A stretch of DNA of 64,000 bases from an uncultured Gammaproteobacteria bacterium (GCA_963817645.1 CAWFQC010000045.1:16732-80731), one strand, 5' to 3'; counted from the stretch's first letter, positions 1 to 13,669 are shown. Numbers and translations are program-made. The notes: a model not told the origin generated them from the sequence alone.

Positions 1-106
1 TGTTTTTGATATCGACTTTTGCCATGTCATTTTTGAGGAAACTAAGGGTTTTTTTCTGTTGGATTAGTTTGAGCAAAATTTTAGCTGCTTGTAAGCGTGA
101 GGTCAT
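1..106 (-). CDS. rsmB: 16S rRNA m5C967 methyltransferase RsmB/Sun, N-terminus only (runs off window)
   Basis: Manual translation from ATG at 106, just after the glyS stop: MTSRLQAAKILLKLIQQKKTLSFLKND, resembling the RsmB NusB-like N-terminus (R..AA.IL..V....SL); only 35 codons visible. Confidence 0.55.
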   Translation of the reverse strand, partial: MTSRLQAAKILLKLIQQKKTLSFLKNDMAKVDIKN

Positions 107-109
107 TTA

Positions 110-2185
110 CTAGCTACTTTGTAAAAGAGAGACATCGCCAATTAGAAGAAATAAATTTCTCAAATTATTCAATAAAATAAGACGATTGTTTCTGATATCT
201 TCTTCTTCAGTCATAACCATAACTTTATCAAAAAAACGATCAATTGGATCTTTTAGTTGAGCTAATAAAGTAAGTGCTTCAGTATATTGATTCTGCTTAC
301 AAAGCTCTTCTACTTCTTTGGTCATTTTCTCAATGAGGGTGACTAACTCTTTTTCTGCAGGGTGTTGCAAAATTCCATAGTTCAAATGATTGTGAGAAGG
401 TTTTGATGCTTGCTTTAAAATGTTGGTTACACGTTTGTTGGCGCTAGTTAAAGCCAACGCTTCGGGGAATTTTTGAAAATGTACAATCGCTTTTATGCGT
501 TTGTCAAAATCAAGCGGTGAAGTTGGATACCTAGCTAGTACAGAAGCATAGACATCAGGTGGCACTTCTCTTTCAAGATACCATCTCCGTAATCTTTCCA
601 TTGTAAAGTCTAAGGTTTCCTCAATAGCTTTGCTATTTTCAAGATAGGGATAGCCCTTTTTTGCTCCTATTAGCAGGGTTTTAAGATCAAGTGGTAACTG
701 GTTCTCAATTAAAATTCGAAGTATCCCCATGGCAGCTCGTCGTAAGGCGAAGGGGTCTTTCTCACCTGTGGGAGCTTGGTATATGCCAAAAATGCCAATC
801 AAAGTATCTAATCTGTCTGCAAGCGCAACCACACTACCAATAATGCTTTTTGGAATATCATCGCCGGAAAAACGTGGTAAATAATGTTCCTTGATTGCTA
901 TGGCAATATCAAGTAGCTCATTATCCTTAAGAGCATAGTAGTACCCCATAATACCTTGTAACTCAGGAAATTCTCCTACCATCTCTGTCGTTAAATCAGC
1001 TTTACAGAGTAGTCCAGCTCGAGCTCCTAATTGGGCATCTGTTTGTAATTGTGCGCTGATATAGCCTGCTAGCTTAGAAATGCGGTTGACTTTGTCATGC
1101 ATCGTTCCCAATTTATGCGCAAAGACCACAGTCCTTAGGTTTTCTAAATAATGTTCAAGTCCATGTTTTAGGTCTGTGCGATAAAAAAATTCGGCATCTG
1201 ATAACCTTGCTAACATAACTCGTTCGTTACCAATGACCACTTGCCGTGGTTCTTTGCTCTCAATATTAGCAACAGCGATAAAGTAAGGCTTAAGTTGTTT
1301 TGAAGAGTCTATAATTGGAAAGCACTTTTGATGCACTTTCATAACAGAGATTAATGCTTCCGGTGGAACCTGTAGGAAACGCGGGTCAAAACTTCCTAAG
1401 AATGCTACAGGCCATTCAACTAAACCTGTGACTTCGTCAAGTAAATCTTCCTCAATAATCACTTGCCCTTTAGATTTTCCAAGGGAAATGATTCTTTCTC
1501 GAATTATTGATTTTCTTTGTTGGTAACTAGGTACAACATAGCCCTTTTTTTCTAATTGCAGGGTATAGTCATTAGGCTCTTTAATTTCAAGAGGGCCTGG
1601 ATGATGGAATCGATGCCCAAATGTTTGATTACCAGATTGCAAGCCGAACAGTTGGCAAGGAACAACTTGATTACCATATATCATCAATATCCAGTGGACA
1701 GGCCGAATAAAAGGAGTGGTATGTTCACCCCAGTTCATAGGTTTTGCTATGGGCAATCCATCTAACGCTTTTTTAACCAGTTTTGGGGCAAGTTTAAAAA
1801 TACATTCACCCTGTATGGTATTTGCATAATATAGGCATTTTCCCTTAGGTGTATCTTTAATTTCAAGCGATGAAAAAGCAACCTGGCAAGCTTTTGCAAA
1901 GCCAAGTGCGGCAGCAGTTGGGTTCCCTGATGCATCATAAGCAACAGCTATGCTAGGACCTATTTTTTCGAGAGTGCGATCTGGTTGTTGAGAGGTTAAC
2001 GATGTAATTAGAAGCCCAATTCGCCTAGGAGTTGCGAATATTTTAATTTCATCATAAGACAATTGTGACTCAACCATTGCATGTGCTAATTGATCACAAA
2101 AACAAGAAGCAAGCTGGTACAAAGGTTTTGGCGGGAGCTCCTCCGTGCCTATTTCAACTAAAAAGTCGCTTCTTGTTTGTCTCAT
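110..2185 (-). CDS. glyS: Glycine--tRNA ligase beta subunit
   Basis: DFLVEIGTEELPP N-terminus, TPRR, EFPELQGIMG, KDPFALRR motifs; downstream of glyQ. Confidence 0.98.
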   Translation of the reverse strand: MRQTRSDFLVEIGTEELPPKPLYQLASCFCDQLAHAMVESQLSYDEIKIFATPRRIGLLITSLTSQQPDRTLEKIGPSIAVAYDASGNPTAAALGFAKACQVAFSSLEIKDTPKGKCLYYANTIQGECIFKLAPKLVKKALDGLPIAKPMNWGEHTTPFIRPVHWILMIYGNQVVPCQLFGLQSGNQTFGHRFHHPGPLEIKEPNDYTLQLEKKGYVVPSYQQRKSIIRERIISLGKSKGQVIIEEDLLDEVTGLVEWPVAFLGSFDPRFLQVPPEALISVMKVHQKCFPIIDSSKQLKPYFIAVANIESKEPRQVVIGNERVMLARLSDAEFFYRTDLKHGLEHYLENLRTVVFAHKLGTMHDKVNRISKLAGYISAQLQTDAQLGARAGLLCKADLTTEMVGEFPELQGIMGYYYALKDNELLDIAIAIKEHYLPRFSGDDIPKSIIGSVVALADRLDTLIGIFGIYQAPTGEKDPFALRRAAMGILRILIENQLPLDLKTLLIGAKKGYPYLENSKAIEETLDFTMERLRRWYLEREVPPDVYASVLARYPTSPLDFDKRIKAIVHFQKFPEALALTSANKRVTNILKQASKPSHNHLNYGILQHPAEKELVTLIEKMTKEVEELCKQNQYTEALTLLAQLKDPIDRFFDKVMVMTEEEDIRNNRLILLNNLRNLFLLIGDVSLLQSS

Positions 2186-2234
2186 TTGTTCCTCAATTTA
2201 GGAGAAAATTGCATTTGCATCCCGTTTCTTTAAA

Positions 2235-3158
2235 CTAAATTCTCTTTATTAACATAGGGAAACCTAATTCCTCTCTAGATTGGTAATAAGCTTTTGCCAC
2301 AGCAAAAGCTAACTTTCTGACTCGCAAAATATATCGTTGTCTTTCGGTCACAGAAATAGCATGTCTTGCATCCAACATATTAAAGGCATGAGATGCCTTT
2401 AAAACCATTTCATAAGCTGGCAGAGGTAAATTATGTGTGTTTAGTCTTTGGCTTTCTTCTTCATAAAAATTAAATTGCTCAAACAGATGATCGACATTGG
2501 CATATTCAAAGTTGTAAATTGACATCTCCAGTTCGTTTTGATGAAAAACATCACCATAGGAAATATTGCCATTAGGGGTATGGGCCCAAACAAGATCAAA
2601 TAGACTTTCAACGCCTTGAAGGTGCATAGCAATTCGCTCAAGACCATAGGTAATTTCACCAGTTACTGGACGACATGCTAAACCACCGATTTGTTGGAAA
2701 TAGGTAAATTGGGTAATTTCCATACCATTTAGCCAGACCTCCCAACCAAGGCCCCATGCTCCTAATGTGGGAGATGCCCAATTATCTTCCACAAAGCGAA
2801 TGTCAAGGACGAGAGGATCAATACCTAAAAATCTTAATGAGTCAATATAAAGTTCTTGAATGCTATCCGGAGAAGGCTTTAATACTACTTGAAATTGATA
2901 GAAATGTTGAGTGCGATTAGGACTATCTCCATAGCGGCCATCTTTAGGTCGGCGTGATGGTTGCACATAAGCTGTGTGCCAGGGTTCAGGACCTATTGCA
3001 CGTAGGAAACTTGCTGTATGAAAAGTGCCTGCACCTACCTCTATATCATAGGGCTGAAGGATAACACAACCTTGTTGTGCCCAATAAGTTTGTAAGGAAA
3101 AGATCATCCCTTGAAATGTGTTGACTTCCATTTCCTTAGAACAGTTACTTAAAATCAT
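2235..3158 (-). CDS. glyQ: Glycine--tRNA ligase alpha subunit (true start probably ATG ~3131)
   Basis: [38 protein letters not shown] motifs. Confidence 0.98.
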   Translation of the reverse strand: MILSNCSKEMEVNTFQGMIFSLQTYWAQQGCVILQPYDIEVGAGTFHTASFLRAIGPEPWHTAYVQPSRRPKDGRYGDSPNRTQHFYQFQVVLKPSPDSIQELYIDSLRFLGIDPLVLDIRFVEDNWASPTLGAWGLGWEVWLNGMEITQFTYFQQIGGLACRPVTGEITYGLERIAMHLQGVESLFDLVWAHTPNGNISYGDVFHQNELEMSIYNFEYANVDHLFEQFNFYEEESQRLNTHNLPLPAYEMVLKASHAFNMLDARHAISVTERQRYILRVRKLAFAVAKAYYQSREELGFPMLIKRI

Positions 3159-3205
3159 TTCTTTACACCGAAATGAGTTCTTATTTCTGACCCAAAATGG
3201 CCAGG

Positions 3206-4021
3206 TTATCTACGCACTTTAGAAATAGCTTTCTTCAAATTATCTATTGTTACAGTGCCAGGCACATATTCAACATGGGTCCCGTCTCGATTGACCACAA
3301 TAAATGCAGGCGTACCCAGGAGACCTAAGTCTTGTGCCAATTTGAAGTTGCTATTTAATTGATCCTCAACTGCTTTATTTTTCATATCAGCTTGTAATTG
3401 ACTCGTGTTTAACCCTGAGCTCTTGGCAATTTCCAGTATTTTTTCATTAGTTAGCGGAGATGCTGCTTGTAGCAGTCCCTTATGAAAAGCTAAAAACTTA
3501 TCCGGACCTTGTTTAATTGCAGCAATAGAGGCTTGAGCGGCATATTTTGAGGAGCCACCAAATATAGGTAACTCTTTAACTACAACACGTAAGTTGTTAT
3601 CTGACTTGATCAGGTTATCGATAACTGTCGACATTTCCTTGCAATGGGTGCATTGATAATCTAAGAATTCAACTGCCGTAACATCACCGTTGAGATTGCC
3701 TACTGTGGGGCTTGAGGGTGAGTTGAATAATGTTTTGATATTCTTGGAGACGGCTTGTTGTGTTTTAGTCTTAGCTTTTGCTAATTCCTGTTCCTGATAG
3801 GCTTGTGAAGCTTCAATCAATACTTGTGGGTTTTGGACTAAATAGTCGTGAATAATTTTTTGCAGTTCTTTGACTTGTGATTCAGTAAATGTATTAGCCT
3901 TTACAGCCATACCTGTGCTTGCTGGGTTGGTTGCTGAGGATGTTTGCGTAGCTTGCGTCATCGAGGAGACAAAAATGGCAAGGGAAAACAAACCCACCGC
4001 CAAAATTTGGTTTATCTTCAC
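3206..4021 (-). CDS. com1: Com1/DsbA2-type periplasmic thiol-disulfide oxidoreductase (27 kDa outer-membrane-associated protein)
   Basis: Signal peptide, [15 protein letters not shown] dimerisation helix, DYQCTHC CxxC, cis-Pro loop GTPAF; lies between glyQ and rpoH. Confidence 0.85.
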   Translation of the reverse strand: MKINQILAVGLFSLAIFVSSMTQATQTSSATNPASTGMAVKANTFTESQVKELQKIIHDYLVQNPQVLIEASQAYQEQELAKAKTKTQQAVSKNIKTLFNSPSSPTVGNLNGDVTAVEFLDYQCTHCKEMSTVIDNLIKSDNNLRVVVKELPIFGGSSKYAAQASIAAIKQGPDKFLAFHKGLLQAASPLTNEKILEIAKSSGLNTSQLQADMKNKAVEDQLNSNFKLAQDLGLLGTPAFIVVNRDGTHVEYVPGTVTIDNLKKAISKVRR

Positions 4022-4103
4022 TGTCGTTTCCTTCTAAACTAAGTTATTAACTACTAAACAGTAGCATGGCAGTTAATCAAGTCAAGCAGAGATATCAACA
4101 ATT

Positions 4104-4964
4104 TCAGACATGTTCCTTATATAGCTCTTCTTTAATTTTGTTCATTGCATTCTTCTCTAGTTGTCGAATTCTTTCAGCAGAAATATTATATTTATTTGCC
4201 AATTCATGAAGGGTTGCTTTGTTTTCGACTAACCAGCGCTGTTTCAGAATGTCTTGACTTCGTTGATCCAGATTGTCTAAAGCATAATGCAGTCGCTGCT
4301 CTTGATCTTCTGACCAATCCTCGGCTTCTAGTCGTGTAGCTGGATCGTAGCGGCCGTCTTCAAGATAGTGAACGGGGGAGTGCCATTCCTCTCCTTCGTC
4401 TAAAGTAATAGGGTCAAATGCTTCATCTTGCAAATGCAAACGTGCTTCCATACTACGAACGTCTTTTTCACTTACTTTCAGATCTTTAGCTATATTCTCC
4501 ACTTCTGTCTTGGAGAACCATGTTAAGTGTTTAGTAGCCTTTCTTAAATTAAAAAATAATTTACGTTGGGCTTTAGTGGTTGCAATTTTAACAATTTTCC
4601 AGTTGCGGAGAATGAATTCATGTATTTCAGCTTTAATCCAATGAATTGCAAATGATACTAGTCGAACCCCCACTTCTGGGTTAAAGCGTTTAACTGCTTT
4701 CATGAGACCAATATTGCCTTCTTGGATTAGATCAGATTGCGGTAGCCCGTAGCCTGCGTAACCCTTAGCGACTCTGACAACAAAGCGTAGACGTGATAAC
4801 ACTAGGCGACGCGCTGCCTCTAGGTCGCCTTGATAATATAAGTCGTTGGCAAGTTGTTTTTCTTCTTCGTGACTTAGCAAAGGAACTTGATTGACCCAAT
4901 GGATGTAGGCCTCTAGGCTGCCGACAGGGGCAGCAAACTGTAGTCTCTGGAGATTTTTTTCCAT
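4104..4964 (-). CDS. rpoH: RNA polymerase sigma-32 factor
   Basis: [14 protein letters not shown] region 2 and RpoH box QRKLFFNLR; follows ftsYEX. Confidence 0.97.
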   Translation of the reverse strand: MEKNLQRLQFAAPVGSLEAYIHWVNQVPLLSHEEEKQLANDLYYQGDLEAARRLVLSRLRFVVRVAKGYAGYGLPQSDLIQEGNIGLMKAVKRFNPEVGVRLVSFAIHWIKAEIHEFILRNWKIVKIATTKAQRKLFFNLRKATKHLTWFSKTEVENIAKDLKVSEKDVRSMEARLHLQDEAFDPITLDEGEEWHSPVHYLEDGRYDPATRLEAEDWSEDQEQRLHYALDNLDQRSQDILKQRWLVENKATLHELANKYNISAERIRQLEKNAMNKIKEELYKEHV

Positions 4965-5091
4965 ATTCAGTACCCATGTAATGATTTATTGTCAAATAAG
5001 AATTAACTTTAATTAGCTGTTGGCGCGAAAGTTTTCGCACCCTAAGGAATACGTTCCTATATTTAAATTCTTGCGCTATCAACATACAATT

Positions 5092-5118
5092 TTAGCACTC
5101 TCCGATGCACAGTGCTAA
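5092..5118. promoter_or_regulatory. CIRCE element (HrcA operator) upstream of rpoH
   Basis: TTAGCACTC-tccgatgca-CAGTGCTAA versus consensus TTAGCACTC-N9-GAGTGCTAA: one mismatch, exact 9-nt spacer. Confidence 0.85.
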
Positions 5119-6117
5119 TTATAAATGCATTGAATATTTGTAAAATGCGATCCAAGCACCTAGCCAACCTAAAAAAGTACTGAAAATGAGAATGCGAAAT
5201 GAGGGTGGGAGATTTAAAATGACAAAGCTGCTCTGAAAGTTATAACTTTGTAACAGTTCATTGATGGGGTGTTTTAGAATGAACAAAAGTAAATAAAGCA
5301 ACAATAGCGTGATAAGTCCTGCTCCTAATCCTAAGAAAGAACCTAAGTAGAGTAAAGGTCGTCGGATGTAAGATAGTTGAGCGCCAATGAGGTCTAATAA
5401 AATCATTTCCTTATGATTTTTTTGAGTCGCTCCTTGTATTGTGTGACTAACTATCAAAATAATACCCACTCCGAAAAGACAGCTAAGTAAATAAGTTACC
5501 CGGTTTGCCAACGACAATAAGGCCAAAAGACGTTCTAGCCATTTAAAGTCCAGGTGTATAGTCTCAACCAGTGGCGTATTTTTTAATATTGTCACTAAGG
5601 TTTCCACTCCTTCTTTGTCCTGCGCTTTTAGTTTAATTAAAACAACAGGGGGAAGGGGATTATCATCCATATCGCTCAAGATAGTCTTATAATCGGTTTG
5701 TTCAGTTAATTCTCTCAAGGCTTGTCCAGGTGAGATATAAGCAATCTCGCTAATCAATGGATTTAATGTTAATTGATTTGTCCAGTTTTTAATCTCAGAT
5801 TCCTGGCTTGTAGACTTAAGATAAAGAGTCACTTGATTGCTGGCATGCAATTTTTCTGCGATATGCACAAAGGTCTTCATAGATGACAGGAGTATAACGG
5901 CCAAGAGTAGAGTTAGGGCAATGACCATGCAAGTAATAAATGTTGATAAAGGGGTTTGCATCAGTTGAGACCAGCCATCCTTAGCGGCCTTTAGATGTTT
6001 TTTGAAGAAGAAATTATGCAATGAATTTTTTCTTTGCGATCTACCGTGACTTAGCCGCTTCTGTGATCTAGTTTTCATTGGCTTGCCTAGGCATCGTGCT
6101 TTGAAGTAAGTTGCCAT
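5119..6117 (-). CDS. ftsX: Cell division ABC transporter permease FtsX (start may be slightly downstream, ~6078)
   Basis: YIS...AL, NPLP motif, LIGA...YIRRPLLY, four TM segments; follows ftsE. Confidence 0.92.
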   Translation of the reverse strand: MATYFKARCLGKPMKTRSQKRLSHGRSQRKNSLHNFFFKKHLKAAKDGWSQLMQTPLSTFITCMVIALTLLLAVILLSSMKTFVHIAEKLHASNQVTLYLKSTSQESEIKNWTNQLTLNPLISEIAYISPGQALRELTEQTDYKTILSDMDDNPLPPVVLIKLKAQDKEGVETLVTILKNTPLVETIHLDFKWLERLLALLSLANRVTYLLSCLFGVGIILIVSHTIQGATQKNHKEMILLDLIGAQLSYIRRPLLYLGSFLGLGAGLITLLLLYLLLFILKHPINELLQSYNFQSSFVILNLPPSFRILIFSTFLGWLGAWIAFYKYSMHL

Positions 6118-6751
6118 TTTTTAACGAGAGTATAGGATGCTTCATTTGGGCGACCAATGATAAATCATGAGTGGCAATTAGAACAGTAGTCCCCACTTGA
6201 TTAAATTGTTCAAAAAGTTGCATGATTTCAGTTGATAATTGAGGATCTAAGTTACCTGTTGGTTCATCAGCTAAAAGAATTAAAGGTCGATTGACAACGG
6301 CGCGAGCGATGCCCACTCGTTGTTGCTCTCCTGCCGACAGGCGCTCAGGTGAACATTTCTCTTTGCTTAAAAGCCCTACCTTATCTAAGGCTGCTCGCAC
6401 CCGATGTTTTATTTCCTGATCACCAAGGCCGCAAATATGCAAGGGAATAGCCACATTCTGAAATACAGTTCGGTGGGATAGTAACATAGGATTTTGAAAG
6501 ATCATCCCTATAGATTGCCTGAGCATTGCCACTGCTTTTTTGGCTAATTTATTAATGTTCTTACCGTCAATAATGACTTGTCCTTGAGAAATGTCTTCCA
6601 TTTTCATACTAATTTTTAATAAAGTACTTTTCCCCGCACCTGAATGACCAGTAATAAAAGCCAGGGCACCTTTCTCTAACTCAAAGGAAACATTGGTAAG
6701 GGCATGATGGCCGTTGTCAAAACGCTTGCTTACGTGCTCAAATTTAATCAT
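6068..6751 (-). CDS. ftsE: Cell division ATP-binding protein FtsE
   Basis: Walker [35 protein letters not shown]. Confidence 0.96.
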   Translation of the reverse strand: MIKFEHVSKRFDNGHHALTNVSFELEKGALAFITGHSGAGKSTLLKISMKMEDISQGQVIIDGKNINKLAKKAVAMLRQSIGMIFQNPMLLSHRTVFQNVAIPLHICGLGDQEIKHRVRAALDKVGLLSKEKCSPERLSAGEQQRVGIARAVVNRPLILLADEPTGNLDPQLSTEIMQLFEQFNQVGTTVLIATHDLSLVAQMKHPILSLKNGNLLQSTMPRQANEN

Positions 6752-7713
6752 TCTTTTTCAAAGAGTGCATCGACAAATGCTTTAGGGTCAAATGGCAGCA
6801 AATCATCTATTTTCTCCCCTACACCAATGTAGTAAATAGGTAATTTCGTTTTCTGTGCAATTGCAAATACTATTCCTCCCTTTGCTGTACCATCTAGCTT
6901 TGTAATAATGATTCCCGTCACGCCCATGGCTTGGTGAAATTCTTCAGCTTGGCGCAACGCATTTTGACCTGTCGTCGCATCTAAAATTAATAAGGTTTCA
7001 TGTGGTGCGGTTTCCTTAATTTTACCCAAAACCCTTTTAATTTTCTTTAATTCATCCATCAAGTGATGTTGTGTATGCAATCTTCCTGCTGTATCTGCAA
7101 TTAATATGTCATAACCTCTTGCTGTGGCTGCGGAATAGGCGTCAAAAATAACGGAGGCACTGTCTGCTCCGGTATGCTGAGCAATTACTGTAGTATTAAT
7201 ACGTTCGCCCCAGGTTTGTAGTTGCTCAATGGCGGCAGCACGAAAGGTATCTCCTGCTGCCAGCATCACTTTTTTTTGTTGATTTTGAAAATGCTTTGCT
7301 AATTTGCCGATACTCGTTGTCTTTCCTGTACCGTTTACACCAATGACTAATATAACCGATGGCTGTTGTGTATTTTCCAGAAATGTCCGCTGGGTGCAGG
7401 AGGTTAAAATATTAAGAAGTTCTTGTTTTAAATTAGTGAAAAGAGCTGTTGGAGAGTTTAATTCTTTTCGAGAAACCTTGCGGGTGAGGTCATCAATTAT
7501 TTTTTTTACCACTTGAGCTCCCACATCAGCGAGGATTAATTGGGTTTCAATTTCTTCTAGTAATTGCTGATCTATAATCTTTTTACCTAGAAAAATCGTC
7601 CCCAGACCGCTTGATAGTGACTCTCTTGTTTTTTTTAAACCCTTTGATAAAGACGAAAAGAATCCTTCATTCTTTTTTTCCTTATTAGTTTTCGATTTTA
7701 AGATGTTAAACAT
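6748..7713 (-). CDS. ftsY: SRP receptor FtsY (short form, NG domain without acidic A-domain)
   Basis: GVNGTGKTT, DTFRAAA, DTAGR, TKLDGTAKGG. Confidence 0.97.
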   Translation of the reverse strand: MFNILKSKTNKEKKNEGFFSSLSKGLKKTRESLSSGLGTIFLGKKIIDQQLLEEIETQLILADVGAQVVKKIIDDLTRKVSRKELNSPTALFTNLKQELLNILTSCTQRTFLENTQQPSVILVIGVNGTGKTTSIGKLAKHFQNQQKKVMLAAGDTFRAAAIEQLQTWGERINTTVIAQHTGADSASVIFDAYSAATARGYDILIADTAGRLHTQHHLMDELKKIKRVLGKIKETAPHETLLILDATTGQNALRQAEEFHQAMGVTGIIITKLDGTAKGGIVFAIAQKTKLPIYYIGVGEKIDDLLPFDPKAFVDALFEKE

Positions 7714-7770
7714 GTAGAAAAACCCTTAATTACACTTCAGAAAGCTTATTAAATCAGATATTCTATTATC

Positions 7771-7828
7771 TTCCCCCTTAAAAAAGGGGAAAATTAAGGA
7801 CCCTCTCCTTTCCAAAGGAGGGGACCTT
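7771..7828. repeat. Two adjacent GC-rich palindromes (REP-like) in the divergent ftsY/peptidase intergenic region
   Basis: TTCCCC-cttaaaaaa-GGGGAA (7771-7791) and AAGGACCCTCTCCTTT-cc-AAAGGAGGGGACCTT (7796-7828). Confidence 0.55.
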
Positions 7829-7863
7829 AGATTGTCTGTCAGTAATTTAGTAATGGAAAATTT

Positions 7864-9243
7864 ATGCGTCTTTATATCTTACTATGTAGCTTATTATTTA
7901 TCATCATTTCCAACACAGCAAAAGCAGAATCCGTCATTAATGAATATCGGCTTCCTAATGGTCTTAAAGTACTTATCAAAGTAGACCATCGCGTTCCTGT
8001 GGTGGTGACCGAAGTTTGGTATAAAGTAGGCTCAAGCTATGAGCCCAATGGTATAACGGGTATTTCGCATGTACTAGAGCACATGATGTTTAAAGGAACA
8101 AAGAAGTATGGTTCTGGCATGTTTTCAAAGATAGTTGCTGAAAACGGTGGAGAAGAAAATGCTTTCACTGCGAATGATTACACTGCCTACTACCAAATGA
8201 TGGACGTAAAAAAACTTCCTATCAGCTTAGAGCTTGAAGCAGAACGAATGCGCAACTTGCAAATCAAGCCAGAAGAGTTTCTGAAAGAGATTGAGGTTGT
8301 TAAAGAAGAAAGGCGATTGCGTACAGATGATAGCCCTCAAAGCCTTACTTATGAACGTTTTTTAGCAGCAGCCAATGTGGCAAGTCCCTACCATCATCCT
8401 GTTGTTGGTTGGATGTGGGATTTAAACAATATGACTGCAAATGATGTTAAAAAATGGTATGACACTTGGTATGCACCCAATAATGCCGTTTTAGTAATTG
8501 TTGGTGATGTTAAGCCAAATGAAGCTTATCAATTAGTTCAGAAATATTTTGGTTCATTGAAGGCAGAAAAACTTCCTGTCATTAAGCAGTTAGGCGAGGT
8601 TAAAGGTTTTGGTGGTCGTCGTATTGTCGTGCAAGCACCAGCTAAACTTCCTCTTTTAATTATGGGGTATAATACCCCCTCATTAAAGACAGCGAATCCC
8701 CAATCAGATGCTTATGCTCTGGATATCCTGCAAGCAGTTTTAACAGGTGGAGAAAGTTCCCGATTGTCAAAAGATTTAGTGCGTGGTAAGCAGTTAGTTT
8801 CCGATATTGGCGGTGGATATGATATTTTTAGTCGGCTGAGCAATATTTTTACGGTTACTGCCATTCCTGCTTTAGGTCACTCCAATGAGGAGATAGAGAA
8901 TGCTATTCTTGCTCAAATTAAGACATTGCAAAATAAACCTATTGATAACCATGAGTTAGCAAGAGTTAAAGCTCAGACCATTGCGAGCAAGATTTATGAA
9001 AAAGACTCGATAATGAGTCAGGCGAATCAAATCGGTTTACTTGAAGCAGTAAATACTCCTTGGCAGGAAATTAACAATTATATTCAACATATTAAGGAAG
9101 TGACGCCTGCTCAAGTTCAGGCAGTTGCAAAGAAATATTTAATTCCTGAGCAATTGACAGTTGCGATTTTAAAACCACTTCCTATTAACTCTAATCAAAG
9201 TGATCAACCCATTGATACTATAGGGGGACAAAATGTCCGCTAA
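7864..9243 (+). CDS. M16B zinc metallopeptidase, catalytic subunit
   Basis: Signal peptide; inverted zinc motif HVLEH in GISHVLEHMMFKGT; NAFT; EERR. Confidence 0.93.
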   Translation: MRLYILLCSLLFIIISNTAKAESVINEYRLPNGLKVLIKVDHRVPVVVTEVWYKVGSSYEPNGITGISHVLEHMMFKGTKKYGSGMFSKIVAENGGEENAFTANDYTAYYQMMDVKKLPISLELEAERMRNLQIKPEEFLKEIEVVKEERRLRTDDSPQSLTYERFLAAANVASPYHHPVVGWMWDLNNMTANDVKKWYDTWYAPNNAVLVIVGDVKPNEAYQLVQKYFGSLKAEKLPVIKQLGEVKGFGGRRIVVQAPAKLPLLIMGYNTPSLKTANPQSDAYALDILQAVLTGGESSRLSKDLVRGKQLVSDIGGGYDIFSRLSNIFTVTAIPALGHSNEEIENAILAQIKTLQNKPIDNHELARVKAQTIASKIYEKDSIMSQANQIGLLEAVNTPWQEINNYIQHIKEVTPAQVQAVAKKYLIPEQLTVAILKPLPINSNQSDQPIDTIGGQNVR

Positions 9244-10588
9244 AACTAAATTCTATATTTTCGGCTTATTCATTATAACTTTTTTTAGTTCTACATTAAC
9301 TGCTCAAAAATCTATAATCCCTATTCAGACTTGGGTGACAAAATCGGGTACTTCTGTCTTTTATGTTAATGAACCCGCTCTTCCTATTATTGATATTCAG
9401 GTCGTGTTTGATGCTGGTTCAGCCAGAGATCCGGCTTCTAAAGCGGGTATTGCTAAAATGACGAATGATTCCTTAAATGCTGGCACTTTAAAGAAAAATG
9501 TAGATGAAATTGCTTCTGCATTTGATGAGGTAGGTGCTCTTTATTCTTCTGCTGTTAACCGTGATATGGCAGTTGTTGCTTTAAGGTCTCTGGCAGAACC
9601 TAACTATTTTCAACCAGCATTGACTAGCTTTATTCAGGTATTAACTGAACCTTCTTTCCCAACAGCTCAATTTACCCGCATTCAAAAACAAATGCTTAAT
9701 TCATTAAGACAACAAGAGGAACAACCTTCATCTATTGCAGCTAAGGCATTTTTCAATTCAGTTTATGATAATAATCCATACGGTCATCCTATCTCAGGAA
9801 CATCAGCAAGTGTGTCCCAGCTAAAAGCAGAGGATATTCGCGATTTTCATAAGACCTATTACACATCTCAAAATGCCTTGATTGCTATTGTAGGTGATAT
9901 TGATCAGAAAAAAGCACATGAAATCGCTGAGAATATATCAATGCACCTGGGTAAGGGCCAAAAATTAAATGATCTGGTCTTTAAGCCATTTACCCCTAAT
10001 CAATATCGTCAGCATGTTGCCTTCCCTTCAAGCCAAACACATGTCATCATCGGCCAAATGGGTATTGATCGAAAAGACCCCGCTTATTTTCCGATTATGA
10101 TTGGTAATTATATTTTGGGTGGTGGTGGTCTTACCTCAAGGCTATTTAATGAAGTACGTGAGAAAAGAGGTCTTGCTTATAGTGTATCTAGTCAGTTTGC
10201 TGCATTAAAAGATAAAGGCCCGTTCATGATTGAGTTGCAAACACGAAACAATGAAGCAAATAATGCCATTCAAGTTACACATAAGACCATAGATGATTTT
10301 ATTAGCAAAGGCCCTTCTGATATTGAAGTGTCATCTGCCAAAAAGAATTTAACACAGGGCTTTATTTTGCGTTTAGCAAGTAATTCAGCTATTGCTGCTC
10401 AGCTTATAAATATTGGCTTTTATAAGCTACCCTTGAATTACTTGGACACATTTACGTCCAATATAAATAATGTCACTGATCAAGAGATTAAAACTGTTTT
10501 TCAAAAAAATGTTCACCCCGAACATTTGATTACCGTGACGGTGGGCGGTGCTTCTAATGGGCAAGAGGTACAAAAATCAGTCCATTAA
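9233..10588 (+). CDS. M16B peptidase, non-catalytic partner subunit
   Basis: Lacks HxxEH; has GGGGLTSRLFNEVREKRGLAY; overlaps the catalytic subunit gene. Confidence 0.9.
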   Translation: MSAKTKFYIFGLFIITFFSSTLTAQKSIIPIQTWVTKSGTSVFYVNEPALPIIDIQVVFDAGSARDPASKAGIAKMTNDSLNAGTLKKNVDEIASAFDEVGALYSSAVNRDMAVVALRSLAEPNYFQPALTSFIQVLTEPSFPTAQFTRIQKQMLNSLRQQEEQPSSIAAKAFFNSVYDNNPYGHPISGTSASVSQLKAEDIRDFHKTYYTSQNALIAIVGDIDQKKAHEIAENISMHLGKGQKLNDLVFKPFTPNQYRQHVAFPSSQTHVIIGQMGIDRKDPAYFPIMIGNYILGGGGLTSRLFNEVREKRGLAYSVSSQFAALKDKGPFMIELQTRNNEANNAIQVTHKTIDDFISKGPSDIEVSSAKKNLTQGFILRLASNSAIAAQLINIGFYKLPLNYLDTFTSNINNVTDQEIKTVFQKNVHPEHLITVTVGGASNGQEVQKSVH

Positions 10589-11135
10589 GAAAAGTGAACT
10601 TCGGATAATCGGTGGTTACCTTCGAAGTCGGCGCATTGTTTTCCCTGTTATTCCTGGATTAAGACCTACACCAAACAGAGTCAGGGAAACATTATTTAAT
10701 TGGCTTGCTCCTTATATTCAGGGCGCTTATTGTCTAGACTTATTTGCTGGCAGTGGTTCACTTGGCTTTGAAGCATTATCAAGAGGTGCTGGCTACTGCT
10801 TAATGCTTGATGTGTCTATTGATATTATCAACTGCCTTAAAGAAAATAAGGCTTTGCTGCAAATTGGCGCATTAGATATTATCCAATCCCAATTCCCCTA
10901 CCCTAAAAGTATTGTGGATAGGCAGTTCGATATTATATTTTTAGATCCTCCTTTCCATATGAATTATATTCAAAGGGTTGTTGAGTGGCTAAAAAACTGC
11001 GACTGTTTAAGTGATAATGCAGTAATTTATATAGAAACAGAAAGAGATTCCGATGATTTTCTATTGCCTTCTGACTGGCAACTAGTAAAGGATAAGTTTG
11101 CAGGAAATGTTCGTTATTCACTGGTGATAATTTAA
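10548..11135 (+). CDS. rsmD: 16S rRNA m2G966 methyltransferase RsmD (start probably ATG 10557)
   Basis: LRIIGG, GLRPT..RVRETLFNWL, LDLFAGSG, FLDPPF. Confidence 0.96.
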   Translation: MLLMGKRYKNQSIKKSELRIIGGYLRSRRIVFPVIPGLRPTPNRVRETLFNWLAPYIQGAYCLDLFAGSGSLGFEALSRGAGYCLMLDVSIDIINCLKENKALLQIGALDIIQSQFPYPKSIVDRQFDIIFLDPPFHMNYIQRVVEWLKNCDCLSDNAVIYIETERDSDDFLLPSDWQLVKDKFAGNVRYSLVII

Positions 11136-11162
11136 AGGCATTCGGTAAGTGAGCCATTATCT

Positions 11163-13576
<2,414 letters not shown>

Positions 13577-13669
13577 AGAATATTGCTCCAAGTGCTCTTC
13601 AAACAATTATTATACCATATTTTTTGACCAAAATATGATAAAATTTCAACTAATTCAATTATTTGAGAA

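Noticed and set aside
7864-10588. M16 pair as a eukaryote-like mitochondrial processing peptidase
   Set aside because: A heterodimeric M16B pair between ftsY and rsmD is a common proteobacterial arrangement.
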